64,000 nucleotides of DNA from Okamejei kenojei (lineage: Eukaryota). Where the stretch lies: NCBI GenBank assembly GCA_035221665.1, contig CM069147.1:25544001-25608000 (forward strand), given 5' to 3'. This document shows positions 36,255 to 48,039 of this stretch, piece by piece (position 1 is the stretch's first letter; every line of letters starts with the position of its first letter). Below the pieces are notes generated by a model that had not been told where the DNA came from, did not search any database, and saw nothing but the letters and a program-made list of their open reading frames with translations. The translations under genes were made by a program, and so were the position numbers.

Positions 36255-38460
36255 ATGAACTGCAGATGCTGGTTTAACAAGGAAGACAAAATGCTGGAGC
36301 AAATCAGTGGACCAGACAGCATTCGTGGAAAACTTGCGATCGGTGACGTTTCAGGTCAAGACCCTTCTTCAAATTAATGACGTTTCGGGTCGGGACCCTT
36401 TCACCTGGAATATCTCTGACACCTCTCTTCCCTTTTTTGATCTCTCTGCCTCTTGTCACAGGAGACAAACTATGAACTGACGTTTACTCCACGGCTACAG
36501 ACTCCCACAGTTATCTGGACTACACTTCCTTCCACCATGGCTCATACAAAGACGCTATCCCCTATTCTCAATTCCACCGACTGCACCACATTGGCTCTTT
36601 TTCAATCGAGGACATTCAAGTCGTCCTCTTGCTGTAGTAATGTTAGTTCTCCCCTTCTGTCATAAATGGACCCCTGACTCGCGTCCCCTCTGTGCCCCGT
36701 AGCTCTGCCCTCGCGCCCCTTCCCCCCCAAACAGAACAAGGATATAGTCCCTTTGTCCTCATCTTTCACTACACTAGCCACTGAATCCAATACTTCAGTC
36801 TTTGGTATTTCTGTCACCTCCAATGTGATCCCACCACTAATCATACCCTCCGCATCCACCATATCATAATCCTGCATTTCCAGCATCTCTGATGTGATCA
36901 CAAAAGCAATCATATCTTACCATCTCCACCCACTCTGCGTTTGCAGAGATCACTCCTTCTACAATTCCATGGTTCATCCCTTCCCACCAAAACCACCTCC
37001 CCCCCGAATACTTCCCCTGTCCTCTAATGCATGGTGCATTGAGTTTAATATAGAGAAGTGTGAGCTATTGCTTTTTGGGAAGTAAAACCATCTACACAGT
37101 GAATGGCAGAGCTCTGGGGAGTGACGGGGCGGACGGATCTGGGAATACAGGTACATAGTTCCATGGAAGTCACAAGTAGATAGGGTAGCCAAGAACGCTT
37201 TCAGCACATCGGCCTTCATCAGTCAGAGTATTTAATATAGAGTTCGGGAGGTCATGTTACAGTTATGCATGCCATTGATGTGGCAACACTCATGGTATTG
37301 TGTTCTGTTTTGGTCACTTGGTTGCAGGAAATATGCTATTAGGATGGAAAGGTTACAGAGAAGTAAGACGAGAATGTTGCCAGAACACGTCCGGGCTATA
37401 GAGAGAAATTGTGCAGGCTAGGACTTTATTCCTTGGTGCAGAAGGATGAGGGGTGATCTTATAGAGGTGTACAAGATCATGAGAGGAATATGGTACTTTT
37501 ACCCAGAGATAGGGAATCGACAAGCAGAGGAGATCGGTTTAAAGTGAGTGTGGGAATTTTTAATCAGAACCTGCGGAGAAACCTTTTTACACTAAGGGTG
37601 GGCGGTGTGCGGAACGAATAGCCAGAGGAGGTAGTTGAAGCAGGTACTGTAACAAAGTTTACAAAACCTTTAGAAAGGTACATGGACAGGATAGGTTTAG
37701 ATGGTTAAGGGCCAAACACAAGCCGAGTGTGGATGCAGCACGTTGGTCGGCGCAGGCAAGTTGTTAGAAAGGGCCAGGCGATGTGACTATGACTCTCTAT
37801 AAGTCTAACCACAGGAAATGCAACACCTGTCTTTATACCTTCACCCTCGCCTCCATTCAGGGACCCCGGCACTCCTTCCAGGTGAGACAGAAGTTCACGT
37901 GCACCTCCACCAAACTTATGTACTCTATCCGCTCTTCCCTATATGGCCTCATGTACACCCACTGGACTGAATGTCGTCTCTTTAACCATTTCGCTCCTAA
38001 CACTAGGGTTTGATCACCAAGGCCAGCGGGAACTCATTTCTAACTATTTTAGCCCCACTTTTCATTCCCATACTTACCCTTCTGGCCTGGGCCTCCTCCA
38101 TTCCCAGAGTGAGTCCACACGCAAACTGGAGGACAGCACCTCATATTCTGCTTGGGTGGGTCCAATTTCAGCTAACCTCTAACGAACCCATCATATTTTC
38201 GCCCATAAACCCTCACCTCTTTCTCACCCCCCCGCACACCCTTGAGCCCTGGCTGACCATGTATCTACCCTTTCCTTCCCTTCCCTATTTATCCACGGTC
38301 TTACACAATTTTCTACTTGTCAATCCTCCAACTTTACAATTCGCAAATCTTGAATTATTTTGTCCCACAACTTGGTGTGTGTACCGTATGTGTAAATATA
38401 TTTATACCCATTGTCAAATAATCTGCTTATCACCACCCCTCCCGCCTCTGATCACCTAAG
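36255..38460 (+). mobile_element. Penelope-like remnants with a nested CR1 3' fragment (about 37020-37800)
   Basis: Same PLE family sequence as 4206-4952 (gacactcc..ttccaggtgagacagaagttcacgtgcacctcc). The CR1 piece reads EFNIEKCELLLFGK. Confidence 0.75.
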
Positions 38461-38482
38461 ACCTGTCATACTTTCTCCTGCG

Positions 38483-38514
<32 letters not shown>

Positions 38515-38819
38515 ACTCAAGCGGCAGGTAAGCATAATTCCTAGACGAGCTCAATTACGCACACTTTGCTAGGGAAAACACTGATGTGGCTTCCGAGCCC
38601 CCATAGCCCCGATGGTATCACAATCTCAGTCATAGAAGCCGACGGCAGATTATTCTTCAGGAGGGTGAACTCTGGAAAAGCGTCTGGACCTGATGGCCTG
38701 GTCATGTTCTTACAACCTGTGCAGACCATTCGTCTCAGAGCGATTCCCAAATGTGTAATTATATTTGTTTCCCGATTGTTTGACTCCATGTTAAATATTA
38801 ACTTTATGTCTTAAGTGAT

Positions 38820-38930
38820 AAGGGTGGCATGGTGGCGTGGGGGTCGTGTTGCTGCTTCACATCGCCAGAGACCAGAGTTCAATCCTGACTATGGCCACTG
38901 TATATACGTAGATTGCACTACCTCCCTGTG
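38820..38930 (+). mobile_element. tRNA-derived SINE head
   Basis: ggtggcatggtggcg (A box-like) and gagttcaatcct (B box-like). Confidence 0.55.
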
Positions 38931-39525
38931 AGAGTTATGAGCAAACATGTGAATGAGAGGGATTTCGTAACTTTGTTTAGTGGATTAGCACATGCAAAAT
39001 CTAGGTGTTATGCTTGACATATCTCTCTTTTTAAGAGAAAAGGTACAGGCTTGTCCAAGATAGGAGAATTTTATCTGCAAAACAGATGAAGAACGGATGC
39101 TTCACTACTCGTGCACACAGCGTTTTTTTTTCTGACAACCATCACTGTGATGTGGTTACTGTTGCATTAAAACAGTATCAATGCGTGCAAAGAAGCAGTT
39201 ATTCGCCTATCCTTAATATCACGCATTTGGTGAATTACAACGTAATGGAAACGCTATCTGTGGTTGCTAAATGTAGTGGTCACAACAGAAATTCTATAGT
39301 ACATTTTATGGGTTAATAGCATTGGCGCAATGGAAATGTGTTCGTTCAGCCCACAGTGAAAATTGTCATTGCAATGGACGTAATGATGTCTGTTTAATGG
39401 ATACGTTAGGTTTGTTCAAGGGAGTATGAACGCTGACGTGGCTTCTGTGGTTATTTGAATGACATATAACTCAGTATTGCATGTCTTAAAACATTCCGAA
39501 TATGCGGTTGTTTTTTTCTTAACAG

Positions 39526-39732
39526 GTGGAAAACCATAAACCCGGGAAAGGGAAAGTGTTATACAAGGGACTGAAGACGCTGGTCCTGATTTCAAAAATT
39601 GTCCATAGTTTTTCTTCCACTTGTACTATCTGCAACGCTGTGGTTTTAAGAACACTTCCTCCTTGCAGCAAAATTGATGTCTGTTTTAGTTTTCCATATA
39701 TTGAACAAAATGTGTGTGCCCATCCAAGATAA
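39526..39732 (+). CDS. Exon 6 (terminal): cytoplasmic tail with ITIM VLYKGL
   Basis: Strong acceptor tttttttcttaacag|. The phase-0 frame VENHKPGKGKVLYKGLK.. is open to TAA at 39732, whereas the phase-1 frame stops after 3 codons. AATAAA at 39806-39811. Confidence 0.6.
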   Translation: MENHKPGKGKVLYKGLKTLVLISKIVHSFSSTCTICNAVVLRTLPPCSKIDVCFSFPYIEQNVCAHPR

Positions 39733-39805
39733 TTACTGTTATCCCGAGTATACCTGGAGCTTATAATGACGGTAACTTACCCTTTAGAAGTGCAGCAGAT
39801 AATCC

Positions 39806-39811
39806 AATAAA
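39806..39811 (+). promoter_or_regulatory. Candidate polyadenylation signal of the receptor gene
   Basis: AATAAA about 75 nt after the exon 6 stop codon. Confidence 0.45.
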
Positions 39812-40252
39812 AAACTATGGAACGCTGTTGTGCGGTGGTTCGCCGAGAAACGATAAGGTACAGTCCCAAGTTAGGACACGAGTGCTTTAAGGGTGTTGGA
39901 AAGAACTACAGATATTGGTTTACAGAGAATATATGCTCAAAATGCTGGAGTAACTCAGCGGGACAGGCAGCATTTCTGGAGAGAAGGAATGGGTGACGTT
40001 TCGGGTCGAGACCCTTCATTAGACAGAGTCAGGCGACAGGAATTCTAGAGATATGGAAGGATATGGTGTGAAAACGACAGATCAAAGCAGATGTGGATAA
40101 GGAATTGTAGAATGGTAACGCCCTCTGCGGAAAGCGGAAAGTTGTGAAGATGGGAAGATATGGCTAGTGATAGGAACCCGTTGGAGGAGGTGAAAATGTC
40201 GGAGAACTGTGTGCTGTATGCGAGGGCCGATGGGGTGAAAAGTGCGGACTAG

Positions 40253-41110
40253 AAAGGGACCATATCAGGGGTGACAGTGGAACAGCTATGGCAGGAATTT
40301 CTGGGAATAATCCGGAAGATGCAGGATCTTTTCATTCCGAAGAGGAAGAAAGATTATAGTGGGAGAAAGGCGCGACCGTGGCTGACAAGGGAAGTCAAGG
40401 ATAGTATAAAGCTAAAAGAGAAGGCGCATAACAAAGCAGAGATCAGCAGGAAGCCAGAGAATTGGAAAGCTTTAAAGAACAACAGAAGGTAACTAATAAG
40501 GCAGAAAGGGCAGGGAGAGAAGATGAAATACGAAGCCAATAAAATAAAAGAGGATAGTAAGAATTTCTTCAGTTATAAAAAGAGTAAGACAGAGACAAGA
40601 GTGGAACTTGGGACTGTGGAGAGTGGTGCAGGAGAAGTGATAATGAGGAATAAAGAAATGGCAGAAAAGTTTAATAACTTTTTTTGCATCAATCTTCGCA
40701 ATGGAAGACACCAGCAACGTGCCTGAAATTCAAGAGAGTCAGGGGTTGGCAGTTAGTGGAGTGGTTATTACTAGGGAGAAGGTGCCTGGGAAGCTGAAAG
40801 GGCTGAAGGCGAATAAGTCAACTGGACCAGATGGACTGCACCCTAGGGTTTTGAAAGAGGCAGCTTTAGAGATTGTGGAGGTCAGATGTTGGCGAATCTG
40901 AGGACTTCTTTGCCACAGAAGGCTGTAGAGGCCGTCAGTGGATATTTATAAGGCAGAGATAGATATATTTTCGATTAGTACAGGTGTCAGAGGTTAGGGG
41001 GAGAGGACAGGAGAATGGGATTAGGAGGGATCAGCCATTATTGAATGGCGGAGTAGACTTGATGCGCCGAATGGCCTAATTCTACTCCTATCACTTATGC
41101 CCTTCTGACC
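40253..41110 (+). mobile_element. CR1 LINE fragment with an internal deletion near 40880
   Basis: RPWLTREVKDSI and KSTGPDGLHPRVLKE join directly to 3' UTR sequence. Confidence 0.8.
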
Positions 41111-41324
41111 TTCTTATCGAGTCCACATCACAAGATTAGATAATGTACAGCCAGAGCTAAACACACTTCTCGGCATCTGCATACAATGGCATCTTGTGTT
41201 TCTTGTGCTTCTTGTGCGTGGTGGTGGAAAGATTGGTGGAAGCAGGGCTGCGACGTGAACGCTTTCCTTGACCCCACCTTCTGACCTTATGATCTATGAT
41301 CACGGGGCTCTACTCCGTTTAGTT

Positions 41325-41640
41325 TAGAATTCACAGATACAGCACGGAAACAGGCCCTTTGGCCCACTGGGTCCACGCCGACAAGCGACCCGCACACATT
41401 AACACTACCCTACAGCTACTAGGGACATTTTGTTTACATTTACCAAGCCAATTAACCTACATACCTGTACGTCTTTGGAGTGTGGGAAGAAACCGAATAT
41501 CTCGGAGAAACCCACGTATGTCACAGGAAGAACGTACACACTCTGTACAGACAGCACACGTAGTCGGGATCGAACCCGTGTCTCTGGCGCTGCATTTGCT
41601 GTAAGGCAGCAACTCTACCGCTGCGCCACCATGCCGCCAT
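41325..41640 (-). mobile_element. tRNA-derived SINE (V-SINE/HE1-like), near full length
   Basis: Minus-strand head ggcggcatggtggcgcagcggtagagttgctgcc..gggttcgatcccg (A and B boxes). Tail gggcctgtttccgtgctgta is shared with the CR1 3' end. Confidence 0.85.
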
Positions 41641-43319
41641 GTTGCAACTGGAGAGAGGGTCAGCAGGAGCACAGCTGCTGAGATACTGGGGAGACCCGGG
41701 TGAGGGCCTCATCTGCGATGGAAGACGAGAATCCCCATTTCCTAAAGAATGAGGACATTGGATGTCCTGGTTTGGCACACGTCATCTTGGGCGCAGATGC
41801 AGCGAAGACGTAGGAATTGGAAGTAGGGGATAGAGTTTTTGTAGGACGCAGTGAGGCAATAAGTGTAGTCTAAATAGCTGTGAGTTTATACTAGATGTCA
41901 GTCGATATTCTATTTCTTGTGTTGGTGCCAATGAGATAAAGAAACGGAAGGGAGATGTCGGAGATGGTCCAAGTGAACTTGAATGCGGGATGGAACTTAG
42001 TCGTGATGTTAATGAAGTCTGTGAGTTCTGCATGGGAGCCCCAATGCAGTCATCAATGTAATATAGATAGATTTCTGGGATAAGCCCAGTGTACGCCTTG
42101 AACAGGGATTGTTTGACCTTCCCCGCAAAGATAGACATACAAAGCTGGAGTAACACATGGACATGCACTTCTCGATGTTGTTACTTATTGTAGCTGCAGT
42201 ACTTGTATTTGGGCCAGTTGAGTTTATACTGAATGGTAGGGCCCAGCGTATTGATAATGGCGTCAGTGAATATGAACTCAAGCAATAAGACTTCCTCAAT
42301 GGCGGAGATTGCTATTGCCTGTATTTAAACGCCGCTTGCCACACCGTCCCTAAATTTATCCGCGCATGCAGACCCGAACGACCTAATTTCTGGATGACCC
42401 GGTAATTGAAATGAAAACAGATGATAATCAGTGAATTCGCATTTGAATTTACGATTGAAGTAAATTGTTGAGTAAACAGCTAAACATATATAGCTCTAGG
42501 TGACTGTGATAGACAACTCCTGAAACGATATCCAGATTTTGAATAGTCAGAGGACCAATTTGTGAAATAAAATAACTGTCACCATCTACCCCCACAAACA
42601 GCCTACCCATAAATTTACACCTCACCTCACACGCTTAAATCGTCTGCCTGTGCACGCACAGCATACAAAAAAACACGCACACACTATTTAAGAGAGAATC
42701 AAGTCAAGAGAGCAGCTCGAGGGTGACATGGGAGTGACCAACCAATTTTGCCTGGAATTCAATTCCTTTCCCTTTAATGAAGCCTGAAACATATGTGTCT
42801 GCAGAATATGACTGAGCATCCGCTGTTAAGATCTGGGAATCATCAACAAGGTCGGCATTATTGTTGTCCCCAAACTGTGCTTCAAACATTGACAGTGATC
42901 TATCAACCTGCTATGAGACACAAGACCGCAGGTACAAAACCAGGTAAATAAGACCTCTCGCATTAAAAATAAGTGCAATTCAATCCAACAGTCCTTCCTC
43001 GCTCCCAACTGTATCCCTAATCAGACCGTCTGTCTAAAGTGCATATATTTTAACAGTAACTAGTCTACCACAGATATTATCCTCACGGTTTTATAGTTCC
43101 CAGGGGTGGGGGGAGGAGGGGGGACAATGTCTTCATTGGAGGAAATAATATGAGACTTTATTGCCTTCCATCACAATGTGGAATGTGGTGGAACCGCTGT
43201 GGTGGATGTTTATGTTAATGTTTATGCAGTTGTGTCTTGTTGCTTTTTCTGGTAGGACTGTACGGCAAAGCAAATTCTCTGTTTGTTGAAAAATATATTT
43301 AGCTAATAAATTACATGAG

Positions 43320-45430
43320 TTGCGAGTTATTAGCTTCCTACTGAGTCCTCTGTAAAGATCTGATCAAGCCTGGGAGATTTGTCTGCCTTCACACAACTTA
43401 GAACGTTCAGTACTTCATCGACCGTAATACCGACTTACCTCAAGATCCTTCCTTTAACTGTCCCAAATTCTGAGATGCCTCCGTTGTTTTCCATAGCAAA
43501 GCCTCAGTTTCTCTCATTGCCTAAACGTCCTCACACCCAGGTGCCTTGCCTTTCACTCTAACAGAATGTGCTGCCCAGAAATCTTGTCATCATACTTTTT
43601 AAAGCATCCCACTTTTCAAATTTTTCGTTCCACGCAATTAAACTAGTGCAATCAACTTAAGCAACTCCTTATCCAATACGATCAAAGTAGGCCCTGCCCC
43701 AATTACGTTATTTTGACGAGTGGGACGGCCCTATCTCTATCCTTAACTATCTTTAAACTATCTTTAAACTAATTGAACAGCGGTCAATGGTCGCATAAGG
43801 CTCACCCAAAGAACGCTTCAGTCACATGTTCTTCCCAATTTCTTAAGAGTAGATCAAGCTCTGCCCTCAACCATGTCGGGCCCTCTGCATGTTGCATGAG
43901 GAAACGTTCCTGAACACATTTGACACATTCCACCCCACCTAAGCCTTTTGCACAATGCAGTCTCAGTGTATGATTGAAAGTTAAAATCCCCGACCATGAT
44001 AACCTTATCATTAGTCTTGCAGCTGCCTGCAACGCTGGGGCATATTTGCTCTTCTAATTTCTGTTAATTATTTGTGAGTGACAACAAGGTGATAATCCCC
44101 TTTTTTATGTCTCCACTCTATCCATATATTCTCACTGGACGAACTACCAGTAATGTTATCTCGGACTACTGCCATAACAGTCTCCTTAATCAATAAAGCA
44201 ACAGCCCCTCTTCGTTTACCCCCAGACCTATCTCTCCTACAACACCTGTATTCTGGAACATTAAGTTGCCAGTCCTGTCCCTCTGTTAGCCTGGTTTCCT
44301 TAATTGCTACGGCATTCCAGTCGCGCAGACCTATCCACACCTTGAGTTCATCTGACTTATCAATAAGGCCTCTCGCATTAAAATAAGTGCAATTCAAACC
44401 AACAGTCCTTCCTCGCTCCCTATTGTAAACCTTTCTAATATGTCCTCTGACCTTATTTCATCTCCACGCATACGGCTGCCAGCCTCTCATCTCAGTCTTG
44501 CTTCGGATCCCACCCCCTTCCAATCTAAATTAAACCCTTTAAGGGATTCCCGTTTCTCCTTAAAAGTATGCCTATAACCCTAACCCCCCTCTATGGTCAC
44601 CCCTCAGCCTCTTGCGCTCCAAGGAAAACAGTCGCAGCCTATCGAGTCTCTCCTTAGATCGCAAGCCGTGCATCATGGTAACATTCTTTTGAATCGTCTC
44701 TGAAAATTCTAGCTTAACTATTTCATTCCTACAGTATGTCAACCATAATTGCACAGAAAACTCCAGGTGCGGTCTCACCAACATATTGTACATCCGTAAT
44801 ATATCATCCTAACACAATGACCCGACCAATGAAGGTAAATATTCTATACAACTTCCTCATCCACACTGTCACTGTGTCGCCACCTTCAGAGAGCTATGTT
44901 CTTCTACACCCTAGGTCGCTCCGCAAAATTTCCAAGATTTTGCATTCGCAATATATATCCCTCCCTGGAATAAATACATCAATTTGTAATGTTTTTAGTT
45001 AACTTCCACCGGTGATTGTATAGCGACTCTCGCAGTTGATCTAGATCCTGCTGCAAACTCAGACAATCATCCTCACTCTCTACAATGCCACCAGTTATCG
45101 TGCCATTTGTAAATGTACCCAATGCCACCTACATTCTCTTCCACAACGTTAACAAAACGGGGAAAGTAGCACTGATCCGTGTTGCGCCAATTGTTTACTG
45201 GCCAATACATTTTGAAAGTTACCATCTATTAACTCCTTCCACAAGGTCAGTTTTAGAAACATAGAAAATAGGTGGAGGGGGAGGTCATTTGGCCCTTCAA
45301 GCCTTCACCACCATTCATTGTGATCATGGCTGATCATCCATAATCAGTAACCCGTGCCTGCCTTCTCCCCATATCCCTTGATTTTGCTAGCCCCTAGAGC
45401 TCTATCTAACTCTTCAACTATCTAATGATC
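43320..45430 (-). mobile_element. Degenerate CR1 LINE fragments
   Basis: YFNARGL..KETRL..RRDRSGGKRRGAVAL (APE region) and LVRPHLEFSVQLW. Confidence 0.75.
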
Positions 45431-45848
45431 AACATTGGTAAATTATGCAGCTGAGCACTTCAGCAACTATTTCCACGCAGAAACATTAAAGAAAATTCGT
45501 CTGAGTTAGCAGGTACATTTTGTTTGGCTAGTCGCTAATGCGTAGTCTTATGTTTAATCAATGATCACTGGACAACCAGAGCAGTGATAAATAAACCAAT
45601 TTGTTCTTTCGCAGAAGGAAATATAATATTATAATAATAACATTTTTCATATTAGTAAAGGCATTTGGTATTTTGCTATCATTTACAATGTCCATTTGTG
45701 GTGGTGTATTTTTGGAAATATGTTGATTGATGTAATAATTATAACAACTCGCTGAAAACTTTCAGACAATGCAATTCCAATGTGATCCAAAGTTTACATA
45801 TACTACTCTAAACATCGCTGGTCTAGAGACATCTACTAAATCCAGATA

Positions 45849-47918
45849 CAGTGGCTTGCAAAAGTATTCATACCCCTTGAACATTTCCACATTTTGTCAC
45901 GTTACAACCACAAACGTAAATGTATTTTATTGGGATTTTATGTGATAGACCAACACAAAGTGGTGCATAATTGTGAAGTGGAAGGAAAATGATACATGGT
46001 TTCCAAATTTTATTACAAATAAAAAATTGAAAAGTGTGGCGTGCAAAAGTATTCAGCCCCCCTGAGTCAATACTTTGTAGAACCACCTTTCGCTGCATTT
46101 ACAGCTGCAAGTCTTTTGGGGTATGTCTCTACCAGCTTTGCACATCTAGAGACTGAAATTTTTGCCCATTCTTCTTTGCAAAATAGCTCAAGCTCAGTCG
46201 GATTGGATGGAGAGCGTCCGTGAACAGCAATTGTCAAGTCTTGCCAGAGATTCTCAATTGGATTTAGGTCTGGACTTTGACTGGGCCATTCTAACACATA
46301 TAACCATATAACCATATAACCATATAACAATTACAGCACGGAAACAGGCCCTCTCGGCCCTTCCAGTCCATGCCGACCATTTATTTTCCCCTAGTCCCAT
46401 CTACCTGCACTCAGACCATACCCTTCCATTCCCTTCACGTCCATATATCTATCCACTTTACTCTTAAATGTTAAAATCGATCCTGCCTCCACCACTTCTG
46501 CTGGAAGCTCATTCCACACAGCCACCACCCTCTGAGTAAAGAAGTTCCCCCTCACGTTACCCCGAAACCTCTGTCCCTTACTTCTCATGTCATGCCCTCT
46601 TGTTTGAATCTTCCCTACCCTCAATGGGAAAAACGTATCCACGTCAACTCTGTCTATCCCTTTCATCATTTTAAAGACCTCAATCAAGTCCCCCCTTAAC
46701 CTTCAAATCAAGTCCCCTCTTAACCTTCAACCTTAACATGAATATGCTTTGATCTAAACCATTCCATTGTAGCTCTGGCTGTATGTTTAGGATTGTTGTC
46801 CTGCTGGAAGGTGAACCTCCGCCCCAGTCTCAAGTCTTTTGCAGACTCTAACAGGTTTTATTCCAAGATTGCCCTGTATTTGGCTCCATCCATCTTCCCA
46901 TCAACTCTGACCAGCTTCCTTGTCCCTGCTGAAGAAAAGCTTCCCCACAGCATGATGCTGCCACCACCATGTTTCACAGTGGGGATGGTGTGTTCAGGGT
47001 GATGTGCAGTGTTAGTTTTCCAGCACACATAGTGTTTTGCATTTATGCCAAAAACCTCAATTTTGGTCTCATCAGACCAGAGCACCTTCCTCCACATGTT
47101 TGCTGCGTCCCCCACATGACTTGTGGCAAACTGCAACTGCAACAGACTTCTTATGGTTCTGTTTCAACAATGGTTTTCTTCTTGCCACTCTTCCATAAAG
47201 ACCCGATTTGTGGAGTGCACGACTAATAGTTATCCTGTGGACAGAATCTCCCACCTGAGCTGTGGAACTCCGCAGCTCCTCCAGAGTTACCATGGGCCTC
47301 TTGGCTGCTTCTCTGATCAATGCTCTCCTTGCCCGGCCTGTCAGTTTAGGTGGACGGCCATATCTTGGTAGGTTTGCAGTTGTGCCATACACTTTCCATT
47401 TTCGGATGATGGATTGAACAGTGCTCCGTGTTATGTTCAAAGCTTGGGATATTTTTTTATAACCTAACCCTGCTTTAAACTTCTCCACAACTTTATCCCT
47501 GACCTGTCTGGTGTGTTCCTTGGGTTTCATGATGCCCAAGGAACATTGTTTGTTCACTAATGTTCTCCAACAAACCTCTGAGGCCTTCACAGAACAGCTG
47601 TGTTTATACTGAGATTAGATTACACACAAGTGGACTATTTACTAATTAGGTGACTTCTGAAGGCATTTGGTTGCACTGGATTTTATTTAGGGGTATCAGA
47701 GTAAAGGGGGCTGAATACTTTTGCATGCCACACTTTTCACTTTTTTATTTGTAAAAAGATTTGAAAACCATGTATCATTTTCCTTCCACTTCACAATTAT
47801 GCGCCACTTTGTGTTGGTCTATCACATAACATCCTAATAAAATACGTTTACGTTTGTGGTTGTAACGTGACAAAATGTGGAAAAGTTCAAGGGGTATGAA
47901 TACTTTTGCAAGCCACTG
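45849..47918 (-). mobile_element. Tc1/mariner transposon, same family as 17655-19245, with a nested CR1 insertion
   Basis: TA|CAGTGGCTTGCAAAAGTATTC...AGCCACTG|TA. ORFs 47072-47590, 46858-47142 and 46067-46330 carry the HTH, WSDETK and WPSQSPDLNPIENLW motifs. Confidence 0.96.
46299..46735 (-). mobile_element. 3' fragment of the young CR1 subfamily, inserted in the Tc1 transposase
   Basis: Nearly identical to 12304-12710, with a (GGTTATAT)n tail. It interrupts sequence that is contiguous in the other Tc1 copy at about 18100. Confidence 0.95.
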
Positions 47919-48039
47919 TACGTTGAAGAAAGCACGATATATGCCCAGGTAAGTGTAACAAGAGCCTATTAATGGAACAATTCACGAATCAAAGATGAAT
48001 GCATGTTGACCAGTTATCTTTGTAAGGTCTCTGTCGTTA

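Larger units (their letters stand above)
39895..42185 (-). mobile_element. Penelope-like element pieces (about 39895-40250 and 41655-42185) split by a CR1 fragment and a SINE
   Basis: RT motif LYYIDDCIG in ORF 41782-42168 (-). Terminal repeat with a mutated hammerhead motif at about 39991-40024. Confidence 0.7.
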
